DNA of 64,000 nt from Thermoanaerobaculia bacterium (GTDB taxonomy: Bacteria; Acidobacteriota; Thermoanaerobaculia; UBA5066). The notes below the pieces were generated by a model, which was given only the letters and a program-made list of their open reading frames with translations, did not search any database and was not told the DNA's origin. Both the position numbers and the translations under genes were made by a program. The stretch covers positions 1,760,001-1,824,000 of the forward strand of contig CAVRAY010000001.1 in the NCBI GenBank assembly GCA_963719225.1. Direction: 5' to 3'. How positions within the stretch are numbered: position 1 is the stretch's first letter; each line of letters starts with the position of its first letter. This document shows positions 20,892 through 36,497 of the stretch, piece by piece.

Positions 20892-22370
20892 TCATCGACG
20901 GGAACGCGGCGTCGCGCTCCTGTTGCCCGACATCAGCGCGACGTAGATGCCGCCCGCCGCGAAGAAGCCCACGAACCAGGCGTAGTCGTAGAGGGGCTTC
21001 AGCGGCGGGATCACGAGGCCGCCCCACGCAAGGAAGCAGCCGGCGAATGTCGCGACGACCGCGGGAGCATTCCAGCCGCCGTATGCGCCGTCCTTCAGGT
21101 AGAGCGCCTTGAGGTCGAGGGTCTTCTTCCGCACGATCCAGTAGTCGGCGATCAGGACCCCCGCGATCGAGCCGAGGCCTCCCGAGTAACCGAGCAGCCA
21201 CGTGAAGATATAGCCCTTCGGGTCGGCGAGGAGGCGCCACGGCTGCATGGCGATGCCGAGGAGACCGGTGATGAGGCCGCCCGTCTTGAAGCTGATGTAG
21301 CGGGGGAGGGCGTTCGCGAAGTCGTTCGCGGGCGAGACGACGTTCGCGGCGATGTTGACGGCCAGCGTCGCGACGACGACGGAGAACATCGCGACCGCCA
21401 CGACGAGCGGGTTCGTGAATTTCCCGACGAGCTTGACGGGATCCCAGATCGCCTCGCCGAAGATGATCGCGCTCGCGCTCGTGATGAGGACGCCCATCGC
21501 CGCGAACGCGAACATCGTCGTGGGCAACGCGACGGCCTGGCCGACGACCTGCTCTCTCTGGCTCCGGCCGAAGCGCGTGAAGTCCGGCATGTTGAGCGAA
21601 AGCGTGGCCCAGAAGCCGATCATCGCCGTGAGCGAGGGGATGAAGACGGGGAAGAACGCGCGGAACGTCCGGAATTTTCCGGGCTGGGCGAGGAGCGGCC
21701 CGAGCCCGTTCGCCTTGTTCACGGCCCACACGAGCAGGACGATCGTCACAACGAGGACGTAGGGGGCGGCCCAGTTCTCGACCTTGCGGAGGAGGTCCAT
21801 GCCCCGGTAGATGACGAAGATGTTCAGACCCCAGAAGAGAAGGAACGAGAGCCATTCCGTGGTCGTGTGGCCGGAAAACCCGGAGCCCAGGAGCGTGGGC
21901 CAGCCCGGGAAGACCGCGGCGAAGAAGGTGTAGAGAGCCTCCCCGCCGATCCAGGTCTGGATCCCGAACCAGCCGCAGGCGACGAGGGCGCGCATGAGCG
22001 CCGGCAGGTTCGAGCCCGCGGTGCCGTAGGCGGCGCGCGCGAAGACCGGGAATGGGATGCCGTATTTCGTACCGGGGTGGGAGTTCAGGAGGATCGGCAC
22101 GAGAACGATCGTGTTGCCGAGGAGGATCGTGAAGAGCGCCTGCTTCCAGTCCATCCCGCTGTTCATGAGGCCCGAGGCCAGCATGTACGTCGGGATGCAG
22201 TGCGCCATCGAGATCCACAGCGCGGCGTAGTTGTAGGTCGTCCACGTTCGGCGGGCGACCGGAACGGGCGCGAGATCGTCGTTGTAGAGCGGGCTCCGGG
22301 CGATCGCGGACGTATCCGCGAGCTCGACGCGGCCGTCCGCGTGGGCGATCTCGCCGGTCCCCGCGCTCAT
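20892..22370 (-). CDS. NCS1 nucleobase:cation symporter (PydP-like)
   Basis: LYNDDLAP, WTTYNYAALW, GWFGIQTW, WATLSLNMPDFTR, NIAANVVSP. Confidence 0.93.
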   Translation of the reverse strand: MSAGTGEIAHADGRVELADTSAIARSPLYNDDLAPVPVARRTWTTYNYAALWISMAHCIPTYMLASGLMNSGMDWKQALFTILLGNTIVLVPILLNSHPGTKYGIPFPVFARAAYGTAGSNLPALMRALVACGWFGIQTWIGGEALYTFFAAVFPGWPTLLGSGFSGHTTTEWLSFLLFWGLNIFVIYRGMDLLRKVENWAAPYVLVVTIVLLVWAVNKANGLGPLLAQPGKFRTFRAFFPVFIPSLTAMIGFWATLSLNMPDFTRFGRSQREQVVGQAVALPTTMFAFAAMGVLITSASAIIFGEAIWDPVKLVGKFTNPLVVAVAMFSVVVATLAVNIAANVVSPANDFANALPRYISFKTGGLITGLLGIAMQPWRLLADPKGYIFTWLLGYSGGLGSIAGVLIADYWIVRKKTLDLKALYLKDGAYGGWNAPAVVATFAGCFLAWGGLVIPPLKPLYDYAWFVGFFAAGGIYVALMSGNRSATPRSRR

Positions 22371-22396
22371 GAGGTGCCGGAATGGTAACCCGGGTG

Positions 22397-23530
22397 CTAG
22401 CGCCTGGGGGGAGCGAGCGCGCCGAGGGCGGGCCTTTCCGCGATCATCTTCGAAAGGGCGAGCCCTCCGGCGCGAAGAGCGTCGGGCGAGCCGGGACGTG
22501 CGGCGAGCAAGGCGCCGGCGTCCCCTTCGATCGCGCTGTACGTGTCGGCCGCCACCAGGCCAAGCCACGGATCGGTACTCGGCGTCAGGAAGAGCTCGTC
22601 GTAGATGCGGTTCGTGAGGGCAGCGAGGTCGACAGGCCGGTTGGATCGTGAAAGCCACTGCTGGATCGTCCGCCGCAGAGAAACGTTGAGTGCCGTATCG
22701 GCGGCAAGCGACTGCTCGAAGTTGCGCACCGCGCGGGCGAAAGCGCTCGCGTCGGCGCCTCGCATCTTCACGCGCATGAGCTGGAGGCTGCTGGCGTCGA
22801 GGACGGTGCCCCTATTACCTTCTAAGAAATCTTTGGTGCTCTTCTTCCGTCCCCTCTCTATCTCTTGCAGAAACTCTCTCGGTCCCCAGAGTCCTGGCAA
22901 GACGTCGACAATGTCGGCATTGCTTGTCAGTAGGTAATGCAGGCTGTTTCCCGTGATCGTTCTCTCGAGCTTTCGCCCGTCTCCGAAGTCGATCGTGATT
23001 TTCGGTACCGGCCGAACGGATTCCCAGTGGAGAATCCAGTTGTTCCGCAGCTCGTCCGAGATCGCCGCATTCGCGTACAGCACGGTACGGAAGAAGCGGC
23101 TGTTCGCGCAGCTGAGCTCTTCGTCGAGGTTCCCGTGGAGGCGCAGGGAGAGGATCGGCTTTCCGGCTTTCGCGGCCGCGGCCTTCGCTGCGGCGAAGTC
23201 GGTGTACCAGTAGAGGCCCGACCACGCTGCGTCGCGCTGGCGCGCCACCGCGTCGAGGCCGGCCCGGAGCCGTTCCCATTCCGGCCGGAGAGGCGCCCCG
23301 GCGGCGAGGCCCTCGCGCATCGATTCGATGGCCGGGAGATTTTCTTCGAAGATGAGATTGAGGCCAGGCGGGCCCATTTCCCGGAGGCGCGCCCGCGCAG
23401 TGCCAGCGAGCGCCGGGTTCGCCAATACGGCGTCGCTTGCGAGTCGGTTTGTTTCGGAGACGGCCGCTGGCCCCGAGAGCAGTGCTGTGGTTGCCGCCAG
23501 GAGGAACGCCGTCGTCGATCTTCCCTTCAT
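22397..23530 (-). CDS. Secreted hypothetical protein with thioredoxin-like (SelN-like) core
   Basis: Signal-like N-terminus; WYTDFAAAKAAAAKAGKPILSLRLHGNLDEELSCANSRFFR. Confidence 0.7.
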   Translation of the reverse strand: MKGRSTTAFLLAATTALLSGPAAVSETNRLASDAVLANPALAGTARARLREMGPPGLNLIFEENLPAIESMREGLAAGAPLRPEWERLRAGLDAVARQRDAAWSGLYWYTDFAAAKAAAAKAGKPILSLRLHGNLDEELSCANSRFFRTVLYANAAISDELRNNWILHWESVRPVPKITIDFGDGRKLERTITGNSLHYLLTSNADIVDVLPGLWGPREFLQEIERGRKKSTKDFLEGNRGTVLDASSLQLMRVKMRGADASAFARAVRNFEQSLAADTALNVSLRRTIQQWLSRSNRPVDLAALTNRIYDELFLTPSTDPWLGLVAADTYSAIEGDAGALLAARPGSPDALRAGGLALSKMIAERPALGALAPPRR

Positions 23531-23613
23531 AGAAAATCTCCCGGTGGCTTCCTGCGCCAGAAAGGCGAGCCAGTGCCGAAGATGCAAGAGGGCCGCCAGA
23601 AACCGACGGCCTC

Positions 23614-24033
23614 TCAGCGCGCTTCGGGCCGGACGTACGTCAGGGTATGGTGCGTGAGGAGCGCACCGTCCCTCGTCAGGCAGGACGCCTCGCCGTAGGT
23701 CGTCCGCTTCCCGGGCCGCAGGACCTTCGCCCGGCAGAGGAAGTCCTCGCTCCGGGCGCTCTGCAGGAACGACGTCTGCATGTGGCTGGTGACGGACGTG
23801 TCGTCGAGGCCGCACTGTGTCTTGATGGCGAGCCACATCGCGACGTCGGCCGCCGTCATGAAGACGATGCCGCTCACGATGCCACCGGGGCGCTCCCATT
23901 CCTTTCGAAAGGGGACCTCCAAGGTGCAGACGCCGTCCCCGAGGGACTCGACCCGGAAGCCGAACGGGCGCGTGAACGCCTTCTCGTGCGCGAGGAGCGC
24001 CTGCAGCTCCTCGACTCGGACGGACAGACTCAT
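23614..24033 (-). CDS. PaaI-family hotdog thioesterase
   Basis: GIVSGIVFMTAADVAM, VTSHMQTSFL, GKRTTYGE. Confidence 0.85.
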   Translation of the reverse strand: MSLSVRVEELQALLAHEKAFTRPFGFRVESLGDGVCTLEVPFRKEWERPGGIVSGIVFMTAADVAMWLAIKTQCGLDDTSVTSHMQTSFLQSARSEDFLCRAKVLRPGKRTTYGEASCLTRDGALLTHHTLTYVRPEAR

Positions 24034-24126
24034 CTCGGCCTCCGCGGAGAGGATAGCGGGGCCGTATCGCCTTTGCCTTCGAATCGGCTTAAGCTAAAGA
24101 TTCATTCTCTTCGGGGGAGGTCTCAG

Positions 24127-25263
24127 ATGAGCGCCGATCTCTCGGTCATCTTCACGGGCATTCAATTCGAGAACCCGTTCCTCCTCGCGTCGGCGCCGCC
24201 CACGGAATCGGACACGAACATCATGCGGGCCTTCGAGGCGGGCTGGGGCGGCGTCGTGACGAAGACGATCGGCCTCCATCCCGTCGTGAACGTCGCCGGC
24301 CCGAAGACGAAGTTCCTCAGGACCGATGCCCGCTCGCCGCGGATCTCGATGAAGGCGCGTCCGGACTCGGTCCTCCACTCCTCGTGGAACTGGGAGCTCA
24401 TCTCCGACAAGCCTCTCGACTGGTGGGTCGGCCGCCTCTCCAAGATCAAGAAAGCGTTCCCGAAGAACGTGCTCGTCGCCTCGATCATGGCGGGATCCGG
24501 CAACGACAAGGAGCTCTCCAACTGGCAGCTCCTCGCGAGGACCTGCCAGGACGAGGGCGTGGACGCCCTCGAGCTGAACTTCTCGTGCCCGCACATGGAC
24601 CGCGACGACATGGGCTCGAACATCGGGAAGTCGAGCGGCCTGACGTCGATCGTCACGAAGGCCGTCAAGGAGGTCTCGAAGGTGCCGGTGTGGACGAAGT
24701 TGACGCCTTCGACGACCGATATCGCAGTGGAGGCAGGCGCCGCGTTCCGCGGCGGCGCGGACGCGATCACGTCGTCGAACACGTTTCCGTCGATCCCCCT
24801 CGTCGATCCCGAGACGCTCGACTTCGAGATGAACGTGGACGGCTACACATCCTCCGGCGGCCTCGGCGGACCCGCGATCCTGCCGCTCGCGCTCGCGAAG
24901 ATGGCCCAGATGACGCGCGCCTTCCCCGACAAGTCCTTCTCCGGCATCGGCGGCATCTCGGACTTCTCGCACGCGCTCAACTACTTCCTCCTCGGGTGCG
25001 GCACCGTGCAGGTGTGCACGGCCGCGATGCTGGACCACGCGATCGGCCCGAACGTGATCAAGACGCTCAAGCAGGGGATGGCCGAGTTCCTCGAGAAGAA
25101 CGCCGACAAGGGGTGGAAGTCTCTCGAGGGCTTTCGCGGGCTCCGTCGCGACCGCGTCGTGCCGCAGTCACAGATCCGTCGCCCGAACCCGGGCGAATAC
25201 CACGGCGGGCACGAGGCCGAAGGCTACGCGGCGCCCGAGCCGGTTATCTCGACGAAGGAGTAG
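24127..25263 (+). CDS. preA: Dihydropyrimidine dehydrogenase catalytic subunit lacking the C-terminal Fe-S domain
   Basis: NPFLLASAPPT, GWGGVVTKT, NWELISD, ELNFSCPH, SGIGGI, VQVCTA; GGAGG RBS. Confidence 0.88.
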   Translation: MSADLSVIFTGIQFENPFLLASAPPTESDTNIMRAFEAGWGGVVTKTIGLHPVVNVAGPKTKFLRTDARSPRISMKARPDSVLHSSWNWELISDKPLDWWVGRLSKIKKAFPKNVLVASIMAGSGNDKELSNWQLLARTCQDEGVDALELNFSCPHMDRDDMGSNIGKSSGLTSIVTKAVKEVSKVPVWTKLTPSTTDIAVEAGAAFRGGADAITSSNTFPSIPLVDPETLDFEMNVDGYTSSGGLGGPAILPLALAKMAQMTRAFPDKSFSGIGGISDFSHALNYFLLGCGTVQVCTAAMLDHAIGPNVIKTLKQGMAEFLEKNADKGWKSLEGFRGLRRDRVVPQSQIRRPNPGEYHGGHEAEGYAAPEPVISTKE

Positions 25264-25265
25264 CC

Positions 25266-30917
<5,652 letters not shown>

Positions 30918-30979
30918 GCGTGCGCGACCGCTAGGGCCGTTCGATTCCTGTGTCTGATGCGCGGGATCTTAACCCTCTT

Positions 30980-32206
30980 CTATTCGTACCGGAGCGCTTC
31001 GATCGGGTCGAGGCGTGAAGCCTTGAGGGCGGGATAGAAACCGAAGCCCACGCCGACGAGGGCCGAGAAGACGACCGCCATGACGATCGCCTGCGGCTGG
31101 ATCGAGACGGGCCAGCCCGCCAGGCGCGCGACGAGGTGCTGGATCCCGAGCCCGGTCGCGACCCCTGCCGCGCCGCCGGTCACGGCGAGCGCGATCGCCT
31201 CGACGAGGAACTGCGCCTGGATGTCGCGGCCCTTGGCGCCGATCGCCATCCGGACGCCGATCTCGCGCGTCCGCTCGGTCACCGAGACGAGCATGATGTT
31301 CATGATGCCGATGCCGCCCACGAGGAGCGACACGCCTGCGATCGACCAGAGGAGCGCGCTCATCGTCTTGCTCCTGGCCTCCGCCTGCTGGATCATCTCC
31401 GTCTGCGACCGGATGATGAAGTCGTCCTCCTGGCCCGCAGCCTTGTTGATCCGGTGCCGCTGGCGGAGAAGCGCCGTGAGCTCCTCCTGCGCGCGGGTCA
31501 CGAGCTCGTCCGATGCGGCCGAGACGAGGATCTGGCCGACCGCGGTCGTGCCCATGAGCTTCTTGCGCACCGTCTCGTAAGGCGCGACGACGAGGTCGTC
31601 CTGGTCCTGGCCCTGCGTCGAGCCGCCCTTGGACTCGAGGACTCCCGCGACCCTGAACGGGATGTTCTTGATGCGAATCGTCTTGCCGACCGGATCCTCG
31701 TCGCCGAAGAGGGTCGTGGCGACGGTCTGGCCGAGCACGCAGACCTTCGCGGCAGCGTGGTCGTCCTGATCGGTGAAGAACTGGCCGGAGGCGAGGTTCC
31801 ACGAGCGAACGAGCGGCCAGTCGACCTGGGCTCCCTGAATGGACGTCGACCAGTTCTGGTTCCCGTAGATGACCTGCGCGACGGTCCGGATCGAGGCCGA
31901 GACGTACGAGATGGTCGACACCTCCCGGCGGATCGCATCCACGTCGTCCTCGGAGAGCTTCGAGCTGGCCCCGAAGCCGGCTCGCGCGCCGGAGGACGTG
32001 GTGCTTCCGGGAATCACCATGAGGAAGTTCGTCCCGAGGGACTTCAGCTGGTTTTCGGCCTGCATCCGCGCGCCCTCGCCGATGCCCACCACCGCGACGA
32101 CGCAGGCGACGCCGATGATGATGCCGAGAGCGGTCAGGAGCGACCGCAGCTTGTTGCGGGAAAGAGCCCGGAAGGCGACTTTGAGGATGTTCGAAGCCTT
32201 GGTCAC
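30980..32206 (-). CDS. MacB-type ABC permease (intact, no adjacent ATPase)
   Basis: RNKLRSLLTALGIIIG, GGIGIMNIMLVSVTERTREIG, LDPIEALRYE. Confidence 0.92.
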   Translation of the reverse strand: MTKASNILKVAFRALSRNKLRSLLTALGIIIGVACVVAVVGIGEGARMQAENQLKSLGTNFLMVIPGSTTSSGARAGFGASSKLSEDDVDAIRREVSTISYVSASIRTVAQVIYGNQNWSTSIQGAQVDWPLVRSWNLASGQFFTDQDDHAAAKVCVLGQTVATTLFGDEDPVGKTIRIKNIPFRVAGVLESKGGSTQGQDQDDLVVAPYETVRKKLMGTTAVGQILVSAASDELVTRAQEELTALLRQRHRINKAAGQEDDFIIRSQTEMIQQAEARSKTMSALLWSIAGVSLLVGGIGIMNIMLVSVTERTREIGVRMAIGAKGRDIQAQFLVEAIALAVTGGAAGVATGLGIQHLVARLAGWPVSIQPQAIVMAVVFSALVGVGFGFYPALKASRLDPIEALRYE

Positions 32207-32230
32207 CGCGAGCTCCGCCCGCTCCCGCGC

Positions 32231-33553
32231 TCAGGCCCAGCCGGCCAGCGACTCGTCGAGGACCTTGAGCGCCTCGTCCACCTCGGCCGCGCTCACGACG
32301 AGCGGAGGGGAGATTCGGATGACGTTGCCGTAAAGGCCTCCCTTGCCGATCAGGAGGCCGCGCTTCTTGGTCTCCTCGAAGAGACGGACCGCCTTTTCGG
32401 GTGCCGGCGTCCGGTCCTGGATCGTCTCGTCGGCCACGAGCTCGAGACCCTGCATGAGGCCCATGCCGCGAACGTCGCCGAGCGTTTTCGGATACTTCTT
32501 CTTGAGCCCGTCGAGTCCGGCGCGCAGGCGGCCGCCCATTTCGGCGGCGCGTTTCGGCGCGTCCATCTCCTCCATGACCTCGATCGTGGCGTTCGCGGCG
32601 GCCGAGGAGATCGGGTTGCCGCCGAACGTCGAGATCGTGAGCGCCTTGAACGAGTCCGCGATCTCCGGCGTGGCGATCGTGACCCCGAGGGGCATCCCGT
32701 TCGCGACTCCCTTGGCCATCGTCATGATCTCGGGCTCGACGTTCCAGTGCGAGATGCCGTACCACGAGCCGCCCGTGCGCCCGAAGCCCGTCTGCACCTC
32801 GTCGCAGATGAAGACGCCGCCGTATTTCCGGACGATGCCGACGGCGATCTCGAAGTATTCCTTGGGCGGCGTGACGAATCCGCCGACGCCCTGGATGGGC
32901 TCGGCGATGAAACCCGCGATCTGGCCGGTCGTCGTCGTCTTGATCAGCTCCTCGAGGTCCTTGGCGCAGGCGACGCCGCACGACGGGTACGTGAGCTTCA
33001 GCGGGCAGCGATAGCAGTACGGCGAGGGTGCGTGCTTGATCGCGGCGATCTGCGTCGGCACCGCGCGCCACGGCGCGTGTCCGGTGAGCGACTGCGCGAG
33101 CATCGAGCGGCCCGAGTAGCCATGGCGCAGCGCGATGATCTCCGTGCGCCCCGTGTAGACCTGCGCCATCATGACGGCGGTCTCGTCGGCCTCCGTGCCC
33201 GAGCACGTGAAGAACGACTTCTGGAGCCGCCCCGGCGTCAGCCGCGCGAGCTTCTCGGCCAGCTCGACGATCGGGAGCGTCGGATAGAGCGTCGAGACGT
33301 GGCCGAGCCGGTCCAGCTGCACCTTGACGGCCGTGTTCACCTTGTCGTTCGCGTGCCCGACGGAGATCGTCAGGATGCCGCCGAAGAAGTCGAGATACGT
33401 CTTCCCGTCGGCGTCCCGAACGCGCATCCCCTTGCCCGATTCGAGGACGACGGACTCCTTGTAGTAGTTGGCGACGGAAGGAAAGAGGTACTGCTTGTGC
33501 TTTTCGCGGACTTCGGCAGAAGAAAGAGTCTTGGTTTCGGAAATAGGGCTCAT
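32231..33553 (-). CDS. Class III aminotransferase, probable beta-alanine/3-aminoisobutyrate aminotransferase (PydD/AGXT2-like)
   Basis: YLDFFGG, SGTEADE, AEPIQGVGG, DEVQTGFGRTG, MAKGVANG; pyrimidine-catabolism context. Confidence 0.85.
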   Translation of the reverse strand: MSPISETKTLSSAEVREKHKQYLFPSVANYYKESVVLESGKGMRVRDADGKTYLDFFGGILTISVGHANDKVNTAVKVQLDRLGHVSTLYPTLPIVELAEKLARLTPGRLQKSFFTCSGTEADETAVMMAQVYTGRTEIIALRHGYSGRSMLAQSLTGHAPWRAVPTQIAAIKHAPSPYCYRCPLKLTYPSCGVACAKDLEELIKTTTTGQIAGFIAEPIQGVGGFVTPPKEYFEIAVGIVRKYGGVFICDEVQTGFGRTGGSWYGISHWNVEPEIMTMAKGVANGMPLGVTIATPEIADSFKALTISTFGGNPISSAAANATIEVMEEMDAPKRAAEMGGRLRAGLDGLKKKYPKTLGDVRGMGLMQGLELVADETIQDRTPAPEKAVRLFEETKKRGLLIGKGGLYGNVIRISPPLVVSAAEVDEALKVLDESLAGWA

Positions 33554-33597
33554 GAGAGGGCTCCCTTCGGCTGGCGGCAAGATATTCTCCTCTTCCA

Positions 33598-34986
33598 GTG
33601 TATTTCAAGCAGTTCTACCTGGGATGCCTGGCGCACGCGTCGTATCTCATCGGAGACGGAGGCGAGGCCGTCGTCGTCGATCCGCGCCGCGACGTGGACG
33701 AGTACATCGCCGAGGCAGAGTCGCAGGGGCCGACGATTCGATGGATTCTCGAGACGCACCTCCATGCCGACTTCGTGAGCGGGCATCGCGAGCTGGCCGA
33801 GCGCACGGGCGCCACGATCGTCTTCGGGGAAAAAGCCCGCGCCGAGTTCCCCCATCGGGCTGTCCGCGACGGAGAGGAGATCCGGGTGGGCAGCCTCGTC
33901 CTGCGCGTTCTCGCGACTCCCGGACACACGCCCGAAAGCATCTCGGTCCTCGTCCTCGACCCGGAGCCGCGCCTCGTGCTGACGGGCGACACCCTTTTCA
34001 TCGGCGACGTCGGCCGGCCCGATCTCGCGGCTTCGCCGCGAGGCCTGACGGCGGCGGACATGGCGGGGCAGCTCTACGACTCCCTTCACGGGAAGCTGCT
34101 CGCCCTTCCCGATTCCGTGGCGGTCTACCCGGCGCACGGCGCGGGCTCTCTCTGCGGCCGGAACATCTCGAGCGAGACGTCCTCCACGATCGGGGTCCAG
34201 CGCCGGACGAACTACGCGCTCCGTCCGATGCCGAAGGAAGCCTTCGTGAAGCTGATGACGGAGGACCTGCCGGAGGCGCCGGCCTATTTTCCTCGGGACG
34301 TCGAGATCAACCGCTCCGGGGCGCCGTCTCTTCCCGAGCGGCGCGCACCCGCCGCCCTCTCACACGCCGACGTCGAGCGCCTCACCGGCACGGGAGCGGT
34401 TCTCGTGGACGTGCGTCCGCCCGCGGCGTTCGGAGCGGGGCATCCCGAAGGTGCCGTGAACGTCGGCCTGGGTGGACAATTCGCCTCCTGGTCGGGCGCG
34501 CTCCTTCCGCCTGACAAGCCGCTCGTCCTCGTCACGGAGGACGAGAGCGGCGCGGAAGAAGCCGTGACGCGTCTGGCGCGCGTCGGCCTCGAAAACGTCG
34601 CAGGGTTCCTGGACGGCGGCGTCGCCGCGTGGGATGCGGCCGGGCTGCCGCTCGGGCGGATGGGGCAGATCGACGTCGCCGAGCTGAAGGCACGACTCGA
34701 CGAAGATCCGGGCCTTCGCGTTTACGACGTCCGCCGGACGCGCGAATACGCGGCGGGGCACGTGCCGAGCGCGGTGTCCGTTCCCCTCGACGAGCTCGCG
34801 CGCGAGATCGACGAGCGAGCGCCGCAGGGCCCAGTTGCGATCATCTGCGCGAGCGGCTACCGCTCGAGCATCGCGGGCAGCCTGCTCCTCCGGCGCAAGG
34901 GAGTCGAGCCGATCAACGTCGTCGGCGGCACGAATGCCTGGGTCGCTGCGGGATATCCGACGGAGGAAGAGAAGAGATTTTCTTAG
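33598..34986 (+). CDS. MBL-fold hydrolase (persulfide dioxygenase-like) with two rhodanese domains
   Basis: ETHLHADF, TPGHTPE, GDVGRPDL, PAHGAGSLCG, CASGYRS. Confidence 0.9.
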   Translation: MYFKQFYLGCLAHASYLIGDGGEAVVVDPRRDVDEYIAEAESQGPTIRWILETHLHADFVSGHRELAERTGATIVFGEKARAEFPHRAVRDGEEIRVGSLVLRVLATPGHTPESISVLVLDPEPRLVLTGDTLFIGDVGRPDLAASPRGLTAADMAGQLYDSLHGKLLALPDSVAVYPAHGAGSLCGRNISSETSSTIGVQRRTNYALRPMPKEAFVKLMTEDLPEAPAYFPRDVEINRSGAPSLPERRAPAALSHADVERLTGTGAVLVDVRPPAAFGAGHPEGAVNVGLGGQFASWSGALLPPDKPLVLVTEDESGAEEAVTRLARVGLENVAGFLDGGVAAWDAAGLPLGRMGQIDVAELKARLDEDPGLRVYDVRRTREYAAGHVPSAVSVPLDELAREIDERAPQGPVAIICASGYRSSIAGSLLLRRKGVEPINVVGGTNAWVAAGYPTEEEKRFS

Positions 34987-35101
34987 AAGGTGAATGGGGG
35001 AGAGCCGCTCGAGGAAGAGCTGCGCCGTCGCCGACTGTCAAAGCCCTACCCACCCTTCTAAGAAATTTTGCAGACCCTCACATGTCCGCTGAGACGCTCA
35101 T

Positions 35102-36487
35102 CTATGTGCGGGTCTTCCTTAGCAAGAAATTCCCTCGTCCTGGTTTCCCCAAAAACTTTCCGTTCTCGACGATCACTTCGCCGCGCGAGATCACGGTGTC
35201 CGTCGCGCCCTGGACGACGCGGCCTTCGTACGGCGTGTAGTCGACGCGCTGGTGGAGCGTCGAGGCGTTCAGCGTGATCTTGCGGTTCGGGTCGAAGACG
35301 ACGAGGTCGGCGTCGGAGCCCGGGGCGATCGTCCCCTTCTTCGGGAAGAGGCCGAAGATCTTCGCGGGCGACGTGGAGGTCAGCTCGACGAAGCGGTTCA
35401 CGGAGATGCGGTTCTCCACGACGCCGCCGTCGTAGAGGAGGGACATCCGCGTCTCGATCCCCGGGGCGCCGTTCGGAATCTTCGAGAAGTCGCCCTGGCC
35501 GAGCTCCTTCTGGCCCTTCATGCAGAACGGGCAGTGGTCCGTCGACACCGCCTGCAGGTCGTTCATCCTGAGGCCGCGCCAGAGCGCCTCTTCGTTGCCT
35601 TTCGCGCGGAGCGGCGGCGACATGACGTACTTGGCGCCCTCGAACCCGGGCTCCTCGTAGTTGGCGTACGAAAGGAAGAGGTATTGCGGGCAGGTCTCGG
35701 CGTGCATGGGGAGGCCGCGGTCGCGCGCCTCGGCGATCTTCTCGAGCGCCTCGGCGGCCGAGAGGTGGACGACATAGAGCGGCACGCCCGCCATCTCGGC
35801 CAGGCAGATCGCCCGGTACGTGGCCTCGGCTTCGGCGCGCGGCGGCCGCGTGAGCGCGTGCCACTTCGGGGCCGTGTGGCCCTCGGCGAGCGCGCGCCTG
35901 ACGAGCACGTCGATGACGTCGCCGTTTTCGGCGTGCATGCAGATCGTGCCGCCGTTCTCTCCGGTCCGGAGGAGCGCGCGGAAAATCGAGCCGTCGTCGA
36001 GCATCAGGACGCCGCGATACGCCATGAAGAGCTTGAACGACGTCACGCCTTCCTTGACGAGGACGTCCATCTCCTTCTCGACGAAGTCGGGAAGGTCCGT
36101 GATGATCATGTGGAAGCCGTAGTCGATCGCGGCCTTGCCTTCCGCCTTCTTCGTCCACGCATCGAGCGCTTCGCGCAGCGCCTGGCCTTTGTACTGGATC
36201 GCGAAGTCCACGATGGACGTCGTGCCGCCATGCGCGGCGGCGATCGTGCCGCTCTCGAAATCGTCGGCCGACGTCGTGCCGCCGAACGGCATGTCGAGGT
36301 GCGTGTGCGCGTCGATGCCGCCCGGGATCACGAGCTTGCCCGTCGCGTCGAGGACGCGGGCGTCGAGAGCGGGCGCCGTGCCGGCGGCGAAGATCGCGGA
36401 GATCGTCGAGCCCTCGACGAGCACGTCGCCGAGGTAATCGTCGACGGCCGTGACGACGCGGCCTCCCCTGATGAGAAGACGGCTCAT
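35102..36487 (-). CDS. hydA: Dihydropyrimidinase
   Basis: PGGIDAHTH, SFKLFMAY, MHAENG, AETCPQYL, STDHCPF. Confidence 0.95.
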   Translation of the reverse strand: MSRLLIRGGRVVTAVDDYLGDVLVEGSTISAIFAAGTAPALDARVLDATGKLVIPGGIDAHTHLDMPFGGTTSADDFESGTIAAAHGGTTSIVDFAIQYKGQALREALDAWTKKAEGKAAIDYGFHMIITDLPDFVEKEMDVLVKEGVTSFKLFMAYRGVLMLDDGSIFRALLRTGENGGTICMHAENGDVIDVLVRRALAEGHTAPKWHALTRPPRAEAEATYRAICLAEMAGVPLYVVHLSAAEALEKIAEARDRGLPMHAETCPQYLFLSYANYEEPGFEGAKYVMSPPLRAKGNEEALWRGLRMNDLQAVSTDHCPFCMKGQKELGQGDFSKIPNGAPGIETRMSLLYDGGVVENRISVNRFVELTSTSPAKIFGLFPKKGTIAPGSDADLVVFDPNRKITLNASTLHQRVDYTPYEGRVVQGATDTVISRGEVIVENGKFLGKPGRGNFLLRKTRT

Positions 36488-36497
36488 GCTGTGCCTC

